DNA of 64,000 bases from Armatimonadota bacterium (GTDB taxonomy: Bacteria > Armatimonadota > SYMT01): NCBI GenBank assembly GCA_046292385.1, contig JBKBRF010000014.1:79066-143065 (forward strand), in the 5' to 3' direction. Shown here in pieces: positions 38,585 to 48,398 of this stretch (position 1 is the first letter of the stretch; every line of letters starts with the position of its first letter). The translations under genes and the position numbers were made by a program. The notes under the pieces are model-generated. The model did no database searches. It saw nothing but the letters and a program-made list of their open reading frames with translations, and was not told the DNA's origin.

Positions 38585-39496
38585 ATGCGCGCTGCGGATA
38601 TCGGCGCGCTGCTGCTGGTCAACTTCATCTGGGGCTCCACCTACGTGGCGGGGAAGGGGGTGCTCGACACCGCCCCGCCGCTCGTCCTCGCGTTCCTGCG
38701 CTTCTTTCTCTCCGTGCTCTGCCTCTTCTGCCTCGGCGCCTACCGCATGCCGAAGAACGAGGACGGAGAGCGCGGGTCGGTGCGGCAGGAGTTGCGGAAC
38801 ACGGTGCTGCTGGGGGTGGTCGGCTTCGCGCTGGCAAAGCTGCTCCACTACGAGGGGCTCGCGCGCAGCACCGCCACCGACGCCGCCTTGCTGGTTAACC
38901 TGGAGGCGATCTTCACCGCGCTCCTGGCGGCGCTCTGGCTGGGCCAGCGGCTCGGAGCGCCGCAGTGGGCCGGCGTGCTGCTCGCCTTCTCGGGCGGGCT
39001 GCTGCTCGTCTGGCCGGGCGACGGATTCCACTTCGGGCGCTCCGTCGGCAACCTGATCCTGATCGCCTCCGTCCTTGCGGAGGCGGTCGCCACCGTCCTG
39101 GGCGCGCGGGCGATGCAGCGGCTGAGCGGGCTCCAGGTGACGGCGTTCGGCAGCGTCTGGGGAATGCTCTGCCTGGCGCCGCTCGCGTGGTGGCAGTGGC
39201 GGGCGGACGGCTTCTCCACCGCGTGGCTCACCTGGGGGAACGCCGCCGCCACCCTCTACCTCGCGCTGGTCGCCACCGTCTTCGCCTACGTGCTCTGGTT
39301 TCGGGTCCTCGGCCGGGTGGAGGCGGGCCGGGCGGCCGTCTTCCTCTACGCGCAGCCGCTGGTCGGGGTGCTGCTCGCCGTCCTCCTCCGCGGGGAGTGG
39401 CCGACGCTCCTGGGGCTGGCGGGCGGTCTTCTGGTGCTGGCGGGCCTCCACCTCGCCAGCCGCGAGGCTCCGGATCCGGCCGCGGCGCCCGGTTAA
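38585..39496 (+). CDS. DMT/EamA family transporter
   Basis: IWGSTY, RF motif, two EamA halves, about 10 TM. Confidence 0.88.
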   Translation: MRAADIGALLLVNFIWGSTYVAGKGVLDTAPPLVLAFLRFFLSVLCLFCLGAYRMPKNEDGERGSVRQELRNTVLLGVVGFALAKLLHYEGLARSTATDAALLVNLEAIFTALLAALWLGQRLGAPQWAGVLLAFSGGLLLVWPGDGFHFGRSVGNLILIASVLAEAVATVLGARAMQRLSGLQVTAFGSVWGMLCLAPLAWWQWRADGFSTAWLTWGNAAATLYLALVATVFAYVLWFRVLGRVEAGRAAVFLYAQPLVGVLLAVLLRGEWPTLLGLAGGLLVLAGLHLASREAPDPAAAPG

Positions 39497-40416
39497 CTCG
39501 CTTCAGCGGGCGGCGCCGTGACGTGGGAGGCCAGCGCGGCGGCGCCGATCACGCCGGCGTCGTTGCCGAGGGCGGCGCGGCCGAGGGTGACCCGCTCTCC
39601 GAAGAACGGCTGGATGTACTCCCGGAAGGTCCGCTCGACTGGCCGCAGGAGCAGCTCCTCGGTGGCGTCGACTCCGCCGCCGCCGAGCAGGATGCGGTCC
39701 GGCCCGAGCAGGTGGGTCATCGTGACGAGAGCGATCCCGAGGTGGCGCCCGGCCTCACCCAGGGCCGCCAGCGCCCAGTCGGCGCCGCTCCGCGCTTCCT
39801 GCGCCACCTCGCCGACCGAGCGCACCGGCGCACCGCGGAGCGCTTCGGCGCGGCGGACGAGGCCGGGGACCGCGGCTACCGCCTCCGCGCAGCCGCGGGC
39901 TCCGCAGGCGCAGCGGGGACCGTCCGGCGCGACGATGACGTGGCCCGGGTCGCCGAGGCCCTGCCAGGAGACGCGGTGGACGTTTCCCCGCACCACCATC
40001 CCGGCGCCGATGCCGGTGCCCACGGTCACCACCAGCACCCGCTCCGCGCCCTGGCCGGCGCCGTAGCGGTACTCGCCCATCGCCGCCGCGTTGGCGTCGT
40101 TGTCCAGCACCGTCTCGATGCCGGTGTTCTCCTCCAGCCGGCGGCGGAGCGGGAAGCCGTCGATGTGCGGGAGGTTGGTGACGTTGACCACGCCCTCGCC
40201 GTCGTCGCGCCGGCAGCCGGGGGCCGCCACGCCGAGCGCCGGGACACCCTCCTCGGGCAACAGGTCCCACGCGGCGCGGGCGAGGCTGCGGACCAGCTCT
40301 TCGCCGGGGAGGTCGCGGTCGGTGGCGACTCGCCCCCGCCGCAGCACTTCGCCGTCGTCACTCACCAGCGCGAGCTTGGCGCTGGTACCTCCGATATCGA
40401 TCCCGATGCGAGACAT
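39493..40416 (-). CDS. ROK family sugar kinase
   Basis: GIDIGGT, DNDANAAAMGE, GTGIGAG, CACGARGCAE, DAGVIGAA. Confidence 0.9.
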   Translation of the reverse strand: MSRIGIDIGGTSAKLALVSDDGEVLRRGRVATDRDLPGEELVRSLARAAWDLLPEEGVPALGVAAPGCRRDDGEGVVNVTNLPHIDGFPLRRRLEENTGIETVLDNDANAAAMGEYRYGAGQGAERVLVVTVGTGIGAGMVVRGNVHRVSWQGLGDPGHVIVAPDGPRCACGARGCAEAVAAVPGLVRRAEALRGAPVRSVGEVAQEARSGADWALAALGEAGRHLGIALVTMTHLLGPDRILLGGGGVDATEELLLRPVERTFREYIQPFFGERVTLGRAALGNDAGVIGAAALASHVTAPPAEAS

Positions 40417-40492
40417 GCCGCGGCTCCTGATCCCGCGAAAACGGCCCCGGCAGTCGCCGGGGCCGCAGTGAGGCAAGCGGTGACGGGAGTGG

Positions 40493-42460
40493 CTACTCCA
40501 CCACGGTGAGGGTGAGCGCCGGCGCCACCTGCACGTTGTTACTCAGGTTGCCGCTGATGATCAGGTTGACCGTCCCCAGCGGGGCGTCGCCGGCCGCCGT
40601 GATCTTCAGCACCGCTTCGTTCTGATCCTGCGGAATCGGCTGCGCCTCCGGCGTCACCTTGCCGGGCTGACCGGCCACGGTGACGGCGATCTGCGCGTTC
40701 TGGCCCATCTGGCGCGTGGAGCGGATCTTCACCTCCACGCTCTGGCCGCGCTTCAGCGTCACCGCCGCGTTCTCCAGCGCCAGCGCGTACGGCTGGGGAT
40801 TCATCACCGTCGCCACGCTGAACTCCGTGGTGCGGCGCCGCGCCTGCTCCGGCGCGGCGAGCGGCGGGACGTAGGTCTCAAACGGCTGGGCGACCCGCTC
40901 CACCTGCGCCTCGCCGAGGGTGCCGGTCCCGATCACCTTCACGTGCTGCATCGCGCCCATGGCGGCGTCGGCCGCGGCGCTGACGGTGAACTGCGCGCTG
41001 TTGGCGCCGGCGGGAATGAACGCCTGGCTCGCGGTGACGCCCGCGGGGAGGCCTTCGACCTTCAGGGGGATCGCGGCGTTGAAGCCGTTGATCCGCTCGA
41101 CGTTCACGGTGATCAGGGCGGAGCCGCCCTGGGGCACGTTGATGCTGTCCGGCGAGAGCGAGAGGCGGAAGTCCGGCCCGCTCGCCGGGGCGATCTCCAG
41201 CCGATAGAAGACGTCTCCGCCGGCGCGCCGGTCCTGGCTGCGCACCTCGACCAGGTATTCCGTGCCCGCCTGCACGCCGAAGGCGATGCGGCTGTCCTTG
41301 CCGACCGCGTCGTCGTTCTGCTGCAGCTCCTTGCCGGCGGCGTCCAGCACCCGGATGAACGACTCGATGCGCGAGCCGATGCGGCGGCCCAGGAGGTCGA
41401 ACGTGAGCGTGCCGGCCGCCGCGGGCTTAATCCGGTAGAGGTCGACGTCGCCCGGCTTATCGATCCGCCCGTTCAGCGCGATCGGCAGCTCCGCGGTGGC
41501 GGTTGCCTGCGCCGGCGCGTCATTCGGCTCCGCTTCCACCACCTGCGCCATGTTGCTGGCAACGAGCTCCACCGGGGTGGTGGCGACGCCCATCGGGGTC
41601 TTCGGCATTACGGAGACGCGCTCCTGGCCGGCGGGGATCTCGACGTTCATCGACTGCATCCCGCCCAGGTTGACGCCCTCGAGTCGGACCGCCACCGTCT
41701 CCCCCGGGCGCCCGCCGAGAGGCAGGTAGCCGGTCACCACCGGGAGCTTGCCGACCGTGAGCCGGTAGGAGAAGTTGCCGCCGCCCCGGAAGAGCGAGTC
41801 GCGCACCGCCACGGCGTAGGTGCCGGCGGTCTTGAAGGTGTGGATGATGCGCGGATCGCGGTCGAACGCCTCCTGCGCCGAGGCGAGCGACTTGCCCCGC
41901 GCATCGGTGAGCTGCAGGTATCCGTCCAGCGCGGAAGCCATGCGGAAGGAGGTGAGGTCGAGCACCAGGGTGTCGCCCGCCGCCGCCTCGAAGGTGTACC
42001 AATCGACGTCCTCGCCGCCGTTCACCTGGCCGTTCACCGTCACCGGCAGCGAGGCCAGCTTCTGCGCGGTCGCCAGCGCGTTGTTGGCGCCGTTGTCCCC
42101 TTCGGCGGCCTCCGGGTAAGTGCCGACCACGATCCGGCCGGCGTTGGAGGTGCCGCGGGGCGTCACCACGCGGATCTCCCGGATGCCCGGCTCGGCGTCC
42201 GCCGCGATCTTCAGCTCCACCGGCAGCGCGCCGCCGTTGTCGTTCTTGGTGATCGCAGCCTCCACCCCGCTGCCGGAGACCACGATCGAGGTGGCGCCCT
42301 GGAGGTTTCCGCCGCCGACCGTGACGGCGGCGCTCGTGCCGGCCTGCCCGCCGGAGGGATGCACGAAGCTCACGGCGGGAACCTGGGCGGCCGCGGGTGC
42401 GGCGACGAGAAGGGTTCCCGCGAGAGTCCAGAGGGCGGCGTGGAGAGGCGATCGCTTCAT
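40493..42460 (-). CDS. Exported PPC-domain protein (Planctomycete-type)
   Basis: Signal peptide; PSGGQAG, EIRVVTPRGTSN; two E.EPND...NG.I...DVD.Y PPC modules. Confidence 0.75.
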   Translation of the reverse strand: MKRSPLHAALWTLAGTLLVAAPAAAQVPAVSFVHPSGGQAGTSAAVTVGGGNLQGATSIVVSGSGVEAAITKNDNGGALPVELKIAADAEPGIREIRVVTPRGTSNAGRIVVGTYPEAAEGDNGANNALATAQKLASLPVTVNGQVNGGEDVDWYTFEAAAGDTLVLDLTSFRMASALDGYLQLTDARGKSLASAQEAFDRDPRIIHTFKTAGTYAVAVRDSLFRGGGNFSYRLTVGKLPVVTGYLPLGGRPGETVAVRLEGVNLGGMQSMNVEIPAGQERVSVMPKTPMGVATTPVELVASNMAQVVEAEPNDAPAQATATAELPIALNGRIDKPGDVDLYRIKPAAAGTLTFDLLGRRIGSRIESFIRVLDAAGKELQQNDDAVGKDSRIAFGVQAGTEYLVEVRSQDRRAGGDVFYRLEIAPASGPDFRLSLSPDSINVPQGGSALITVNVERINGFNAAIPLKVEGLPAGVTASQAFIPAGANSAQFTVSAAADAAMGAMQHVKVIGTGTLGEAQVERVAQPFETYVPPLAAPEQARRRTTEFSVATVMNPQPYALALENAAVTLKRGQSVEVKIRSTRQMGQNAQIAVTVAGQPGKVTPEAQPIPQDQNEAVLKITAAGDAPLGTVNLIISGNLSNNVQVAPALTLTVVE

Positions 42461-42708
42461 GGTGGATGACTTCTTGTGGCCCGGGAGGGCGGCGAAGAGT
42501 GGGCGCCGGTGCGCCGGTGGCCGGATAGCCAGGATCGTGTAGTTGGGACGCCGCGACGCGTCCGTTTCTCGTTGCGAGATGGTTGGGGCGAGGTGATCTC
42601 GCTCACCGTTTTGTGAAGGATCGATTCGTCAGCCGCGGCGCATTCTCCTGCGTGGACCGGCATGACCGCCTCGCGGAAAATGCTCGGCAGCACACGTATC
42701 CCCACCCA

Positions 42709-42864
42709 GTCACCCTGAACGTAGTGAAGGGTCTACGTTACTTCGTCCGCACCGGAGACCGACGGGCCACGTCCGGACGGAACCCGGCGGTAGAGTCCGC
42801 GTCACGCACATGCGTGCTCCGAACCAGGACGGCTGCCGAGATTCTTCACTGCGTTCAGAATGAC
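42709..42864. repeat. REP-like doublet (GTCATTCTGAAC..GTGAAGAATCT type)
   Basis: 42709-42734 vs revcomp 42839-42864: 21/26, with compensatory changes in the internal stem. Confidence 0.8.
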
Positions 42865-43011
42865 AAATTCGGGGAGCGGTGTCTCGATCGAAGTGCCGGA
42901 GGGCTGCGGATGGCGCGGCCATCCGGCACTTCGGTGGGGGCCGGCCTCCCGCCGTGACTGCGGCTCAGGATGACTGGGGTGGAGGCTGGTTGGGCCTTCC
43001 TTTTCGGACGA

Positions 43012-43842
43012 CTAGACCGCTTCCGGCACCAGGTTCCCGCCCTCCAGCCGCAGGCGGACCGCTTTCTGCACCGGCTCGTGGTCGAAGATCACCAGCCACC
43101 CCTCCCGCGCGGCCTGCTCCAGCAGCTCCGCCTTGACCTGCAGCGTTTCGTAGGGCGCCAGGTCGTAGGCCATGTTGTAGGCCGGGCGCAGGTGGGCCAC
43201 GGTGGGGCAGATGTCGGCGGGGAGCAGGGCGGTCTCGCCGCCGCTGCGGAGGAGGACGCAGTGGTGGCCCGGCGTGTGGCCGCCGGTGACGCGCACCTCA
43301 ACCCCCGGGGCGACCTCCGCATCTCCGTCGAGGAGCTGCAGCCGGCCGGATTCCTCGAGAGGGCGCAGGTTCTCCGCGCGGTAGCTCACCCGCATGTGGC
43401 TGCGGTTGGCGCAGGCGTCTTCCCACTCCCGCTGCTGAACCACGACGCGCGCCTTGGGGAACGAGGCCACGGGACGATCGCCCTCCAGGTGGCTCGCACC
43501 GCCGGCGTGGTCCATGTGCAGGTGGGTGAGCAGGACCGTGGTGATCTCCTCCGGCCGGACGCCGGCACCCGCGAGGTTGTCGAGCAGCGCGTTTCCCGGG
43601 GCGAGGTCGAAGATATCCCGTTCCTTCTCCCCGAGCTTGGAGCCGTTGCCGGTATCGATCAGCACCAGCTCGTCCGGCGTGCGGACCAGCACGCAGTTCG
43701 CGTCGAGCGCGATCCGGTTCCGGGCGTCGGGCTCGAAAGCGCGCGACCAGAGCGGCTTCGGCACCACGCCGAACATGCCGCCGCCGTCCAGCTTGAACGC
43801 GCCGCCGCTGACGATCCGGACTTCCAGCTCTCCCACCCGCAT
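43012..43842 (-). CDS. MBL-fold metallo-hydrolase (YtnP-like lactonase family)
   Basis: LDGGGMFGVVPK, THLHMDHAGG, GGHTPGH. Confidence 0.9.
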   Translation of the reverse strand: MRVGELEVRIVSGGAFKLDGGGMFGVVPKPLWSRAFEPDARNRIALDANCVLVRTPDELVLIDTGNGSKLGEKERDIFDLAPGNALLDNLAGAGVRPEEITTVLLTHLHMDHAGGASHLEGDRPVASFPKARVVVQQREWEDACANRSHMRVSYRAENLRPLEESGRLQLLDGDAEVAPGVEVRVTGGHTPGHHCVLLRSGGETALLPADICPTVAHLRPAYNMAYDLAPYETLQVKAELLEQAAREGWLVIFDHEPVQKAVRLRLEGGNLVPEAV

Positions 43843-43923
43843 CGTGTCGCCTCCCTCGCCCGGGCTCTCCGGACGAGGGAGCTATATCAGAGAGCGTGTC
43901 GATCCGCCCGCCGGTCGGGCGAT

Positions 43924-45252
43924 CTAGCGGCGTCGCCCGGCCGACGCGGCCGGTACCGAGACGCGGACCAGTGCCGCCTGCATCGCGCCGGTGTCCGGAT
44001 CGAGCACGCTGCCGACCACGAAGAGCCGCCCGTTCGGAGCCGGCGCCAGCGCGCGCGCTTCGCCGCGGCCGAGATCCACCCGCAGCAGCTCGCGTCCGGC
44101 GCTGGAGAGCACCACCACGCGGAACACCTGCGAGGCGTCCGAGCCGCAGAGGTAGACGTGCTTCTTGTCGACCGCCAGGTCGGTCACGGCCACGGAGATG
44201 TCGGCGCGGGCGTCGTCTTCCCAGGGGCGCCGCAGCCAGGTGACGCGGCCGTTGCTCGCGCGGAGCTGCATCGAGACGGGGGACGATTCGTAGCGCCCGC
44301 AGGCGTAGACCTGACCGTTGGAGCTGACCGCCACCTCGGCCGGGGTCTCGAAGCTCGGCTGCGCCGGCCCGGAGAACTCCCAGCGGATCTTGCCGTTCTT
44401 CGATTGGAGCTGCGCCACGTAGAACGCGAGCGAGTCCTCGTACGGCTTCCGCAGCGAGCCGCCGACGGTCACGTTCCCGGAGCGGTCCATCGCCACCGTC
44501 CGGATCACCGGAGCGCCGAGCGCGGCGGTGCGGGGCGAGGTCTGCTCCACGCGCCAGCGCTCCCGGCCGTTCTTCCCGTTCAGCTTCGCGGCGAGCAGCC
44601 GCACGCCGGTGACTGCCACGTCGCCGCGGCGATCGGTCGCCACCCCGCGGATCTCTCCGCTGCCGGAGAGCCACTCCCAGCGGAGCTTCCCGGAGCGGCT
44701 GTCGAGCGCAGCGACCGCCCCGTAGGGTGCGTCGTTCCGCACGACGTAGCCGGCCGCGACCACGGTCCGGCTTCCGGAGAGCGCCAGGCTGGTGCCGAGC
44801 CCGCCCGCGGTCGCCCCGCCGTTTGCCAGCGGGGTCACCGCCGTCTGCCAGAGCAGCCGGCCCGTGGCGCCGGAGTACTTGAGCACGGCGAAGCCGGGAG
44901 CGCCCCCTTCGGCCGACGCCGCGCCGGTCACGTAGAGATCTCCGCTCGAGTCGGTTTCGACGGCGGCCGCCCCCGCCGGCGTGGTGAAGGTGCCGCCCTC
45001 CACGCGGGCGCTCCAGCGGCGGGCGCCGGAAGCGTCGAAGCTGGCGACGTAGAGCGCGGAGGCGCCGCCGGCCCGCACCTCGCGGCCCGCCACGAAGGCA
45101 TTGCCGCGGCGGTCCGAAGCGACAGAGGTGTATTCGACCCCCGGCTCCGCGGGAGCGACCCAGTCCGGAGCGGTGCCCGCCAGGGCAGGGAGGGCGATCA
45201 ACGTGGAAGCGAGCGCGGCTCGCAGGAGGGGCGTGGTGAAAGGGTACTGCAT
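43924..45252 (-). CDS. Exported beta-propeller repeat protein (SBBP/PQQ-like)
   Basis: Signal peptide; repeated A.D..G...V.G and G...W blades. Confidence 0.7.
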   Translation of the reverse strand: MQYPFTTPLLRAALASTLIALPALAGTAPDWVAPAEPGVEYTSVASDRRGNAFVAGREVRAGGASALYVASFDASGARRWSARVEGGTFTTPAGAAAVETDSSGDLYVTGAASAEGGAPGFAVLKYSGATGRLLWQTAVTPLANGGATAGGLGTSLALSGSRTVVAAGYVVRNDAPYGAVAALDSRSGKLRWEWLSGSGEIRGVATDRRGDVAVTGVRLLAAKLNGKNGRERWRVEQTSPRTAALGAPVIRTVAMDRSGNVTVGGSLRKPYEDSLAFYVAQLQSKNGKIRWEFSGPAQPSFETPAEVAVSSNGQVYACGRYESSPVSMQLRASNGRVTWLRRPWEDDARADISVAVTDLAVDKKHVYLCGSDASQVFRVVVLSSAGRELLRVDLGRGEARALAPAPNGRLFVVGSVLDPDTGAMQAALVRVSVPAASAGRRR

Positions 45253-45409
45253 GGTTGTGAAGCAAGCGAGGGGCAACCGAGGTAGGGTGCTGGTCTTTAC
45301 CCTGCCGCCGGTCGATCCAAACAGAGCCCTCGCCGGCTCGTGGCGGCGGCTGCTCGGCATCCGGTAAACTCCCGGCAGAGCGGCAAGGCGCAGGGAGGGC
45401 GGCGGAGCG

Positions 45410-46165
45410 ATGGGAGAGGTGCGGAGCTGGAACGACGCGGGGCTGGCGTGGATCGAGATCTCGCGTCCGGAGAAGCTGAACGCCCTGAACCGCGCCACCC
45501 TGCTGCAGCTCCGGCAGACGCTGGAGGCGGTGACCACCGACCTCGCCACCCGGGTGGTGCTGCTGACCGGGGCCGGCGACCGTGCCTTCGCGGCCGGCGC
45601 CGACATCGCGGAGATGAACGCGCAAGACCGGGACGGCATCCGCGCGCTGATGGAGCTGGGGAAGTCGGTGGCGGTCCTCCTGGAGGAAGCGCCGCAGCCG
45701 GTGATGGCGGTGGTGAACGGCTACGCGCTGGGCGGCGGGTGCGAGCTGGCGCTGGCCTGCGACCTGGTGGTGGCCGCGGAGGGCGCGCGGTTCGGGCTGC
45801 CGGAGGTCGACCTGGCGGTGCTTCCCGGCTGGGGCGGCTCGCAGCGGCTGGAGCGGCGGGTGGGCTACGGCCGGGCGCGGGAGATGATCCTTACCGGCCG
45901 GCAGGTCCCGGCGGCGGAGGCGCTGGCGTGGGGTCTCTGCGACCGCGTCTGCTCCGCGGAAGCGCTCCGCTCGGAAGCGGAGGCGCTGGCCCGTACGCTC
46001 GCGGCCAAGGATCCCGGCGCGCTCACCGCCGCCAAGGTGGCGCTGCGCCGCCGCTCGGAGCTGCCGCTCTCGGAGGGTCTCCGGGTGGAGACGGAGCTGT
46101 TCGTCGACCTCTTCGAGCGGGACGAGCGGCGGGAAGCGATGGGCCGGTTCGGGCGGCGCCGGTGA
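45410..46165 (+). CDS. Enoyl-CoA hydratase/isomerase (crotonase)
   Basis: AFAAGADI, GYALGGGCELALACD, FGLPEV..PGWGG (both catalytic Glu present). Confidence 0.92.
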   Translation: MGEVRSWNDAGLAWIEISRPEKLNALNRATLLQLRQTLEAVTTDLATRVVLLTGAGDRAFAAGADIAEMNAQDRDGIRALMELGKSVAVLLEEAPQPVMAVVNGYALGGGCELALACDLVVAAEGARFGLPEVDLAVLPGWGGSQRLERRVGYGRAREMILTGRQVPAAEALAWGLCDRVCSAEALRSEAEALARTLAAKDPGALTAAKVALRRRSELPLSEGLRVETELFVDLFERDERREAMGRFGRRR

Positions 46166-46174
46166 GGGGACTGC

Positions 46175-47440
46175 ATGGCGCGTAAGGGGGCTCGACCCGT
46201 CTACATGATCGGCGGCGGCATCACCCGCTTCGTCAAGCGGCGCCCGGAGGAAGACTTCCGGTGGATGGTCCGTGAGGCGTTCGAAAACGCGCTGGCCGAC
46301 GTGCCGGAGCTGACGCGGGAGCAGATCGACGGCTCCGTCTGCTCCTACTTCTCGGACCACTTCGCCGGTCAGCTCATGGCCGGCGCGATGGTGCAGGACT
46401 ACCTCGGCCTCTGCCCCAAGCCGAGCCGCCGCGTGGAAGGCGGCGGCGCCACCGGCGGGCTCTGCTTTCAGGCGGCGTGGGAGGCGGTCGCCTCCGGCCG
46501 GATGGAGGTCTGCGCCGGCTACGGCTTCGAGACGATGTCTCGCGTCAGCACCTGGAAGGGCAACGAGCTCATCGCCCTCGCCTCCGACGCCAGCTTCGAC
46601 TTTCCGCTCGGCGGGTTCTACACCGGCTACTACGCCATGATGGTGACCCGCCACATGCACGAGTTCGGCACCACGGAGCGCCAGCTCGCGCTCGTCTCCG
46701 TCAAGGCGCACGATAACGCGGCGCACAACCCGTATGCCCAGAAGCGGAATCCGGTGACGGTGGACCAGGTGCTCGCCTCCCCCTACGTGGCCCACCCGCT
46801 CAAGATGCTCGACATCTGCGCGATGTCGGACGGAGCGGCGTGCGTGATCCTGGCGAGCGAGGAGGCGGCGCAGCGCTTCTCGAACCGGCCGGTCCGGGTC
46901 AGCGGCGTGGGATGCGGCACCGACACGATGCGGATGGCCGACCGTCCCCACGGGCGGGTGCCGCTCTTTCCGTGGGAGAGCGAGGCGGAATATGCCGGGC
47001 TCGACTTCCCCGGCGTCCACTCCTGCCGCGCCGGCCGCGTGGCGGCGCTCGAGGCCTACGCGATGGCCGGGATCTCCGATCCGATCCGCGACCTCAGCCT
47101 GGTGGAGCTGCACGACGCCTTCACCAGCAGCGAGATCCAGACCTACGAGGACCTGGGTCTCTGCAAGTACGGCGAGGGCGGTACGTTCATCGAAGCGGGA
47201 CATTCCACCCGCACCGGCAAGATGCCGGTCAACCCCAGCGGCGGCCTCCTGGCGTGCGGCCACCCGATCGGCGCCACCGGCCTGATGCAGGCGGTCTTCG
47301 CCTACTGGCAGCTCCAGAACCGGATCGGCGAGCGCCTGGGAAATGACACGCTCCAGATCCCCAACGCCCGCCGCGCGGCAGTCCACAGCCACGCCGGCAC
47401 CGGCACCTACGTCACCGTCTCTATCCTCGAAGTGGCCTGA
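46175..47440 (+). CDS. Thiolase-fold protein (SCP2/archaeal type) lacking the N-terminal nucleophile Cys
   Basis: SDGAA, ELHDAFT, NPSGGLL..GHPIGATG; VEGGGATGG at the usual Cys position. Confidence 0.85.
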   Translation: MARKGARPVYMIGGGITRFVKRRPEEDFRWMVREAFENALADVPELTREQIDGSVCSYFSDHFAGQLMAGAMVQDYLGLCPKPSRRVEGGGATGGLCFQAAWEAVASGRMEVCAGYGFETMSRVSTWKGNELIALASDASFDFPLGGFYTGYYAMMVTRHMHEFGTTERQLALVSVKAHDNAAHNPYAQKRNPVTVDQVLASPYVAHPLKMLDICAMSDGAACVILASEEAAQRFSNRPVRVSGVGCGTDTMRMADRPHGRVPLFPWESEAEYAGLDFPGVHSCRAGRVAALEAYAMAGISDPIRDLSLVELHDAFTSSEIQTYEDLGLCKYGEGGTFIEAGHSTRTGKMPVNPSGGLLACGHPIGATGLMQAVFAYWQLQNRIGERLGNDTLQIPNARRAAVHSHAGTGTYVTVSILEVA

Positions 47441-47458
47441 GGTGGACCGAACTGGAAC

Positions 47459-47659
47459 GTGTAAGAAAAGGAGATAAGGGGATGTGTTGGAGATGTGGGG
47501 ATGATTCGGGCGCCGTCTCGCTCAGCGTCAGGCTTCTGCGGCACCGCGTTCGGAGACTGTGCCGATAGCGGCTCACGCGATCGTGTTCAGCAAGGCCGGT
47601 GACTTCATCTGGGAAAATCCCCATATCCCCCCTTATCTCCCCTATCTCCTTTCTTACAC
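47459..47659. repeat. 201-bp MITE-like element with terminal inverted repeats
   Basis: Begins gtgtaagaaaaggagataagggga and ends tcccctatctcctttcttacac; left end matches 1931. Confidence 0.8.
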
Positions 47660-47673
47660 TCTGGAGAGCGAAT

Positions 47674-48153
47674 GTGAATCGGAACGCGCGGCTGCCGGAG
47701 GCGGAGGAGCTGACGGAGGTGGTGGGTCTCGACCCGCTGGTGATCGTTAGCCACTTCGGAATCGAGTACGAGCACTCGTACGCGCAGGACTCGCCGTGGT
47801 TCGCGGCGCTCGCGGAGGGGAGGCTGCTCGGCAGCCGGTGCGCGCCGTGTGGCTGCACCTACGCCACGCCGCGGGGTCATTGCATGCGGTGCGGGGGCCG
47901 GACCGAGTGGGTGGAGCTGCCGCTGGAGGGGAAGGTCCACACCTGGACCACCTGCTACTACGCGGGGGAGTCGTTCCGCAAGGAGACGCCTTACCACCTG
48001 GTGCTGGTCGAATTCGACGGCGCGGACACCCTGCTGATGGCGCGGCTGGTGGGCTGCGAGCGGGACGAGATCCGGATCGGCATGCCGGTGCGGGCGCGCT
48101 TTCGGAGACGTCCGCAGTGGAAGCCGACGGATGTCTACTTCGTACCCGTGTAA
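47674..48153 (+). CDS. DUF35 Zn-ribbon/OB-fold protein (thiolase partner)
   Basis: CAPC...PRGHCMRC, GKVHTWT, IRIGMPVRARF; GGAGAG RBS before GTG. Confidence 0.88.
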   Translation: MNRNARLPEAEELTEVVGLDPLVIVSHFGIEYEHSYAQDSPWFAALAEGRLLGSRCAPCGCTYATPRGHCMRCGGRTEWVELPLEGKVHTWTTCYYAGESFRKETPYHLVLVEFDGADTLLMARLVGCERDEIRIGMPVRARFRRRPQWKPTDVYFVPV

Positions 48154-48398
48154 GCGAGGCGGAAAATGGGTAGTCATCTGGATGGCACCAGCTAACGCGG
48201 CGGGCGACCACCCCCCTACAAGCCCGCTGTTCAGGCAGGTGTTCCTTTTCAGTCCTTTGAATGACTCCACCGGTATTCCCGGCCGAACACGCGCTCGCGT
48301 TCGGCCGGGCTGGAGAGCTGCCTGATCCGGCAGAGCGAACTGCCGCAAGAGCAGCCGGAGTTACACCCGCCCTCCCCTCGAGAGCTAAAGGAGATCGA

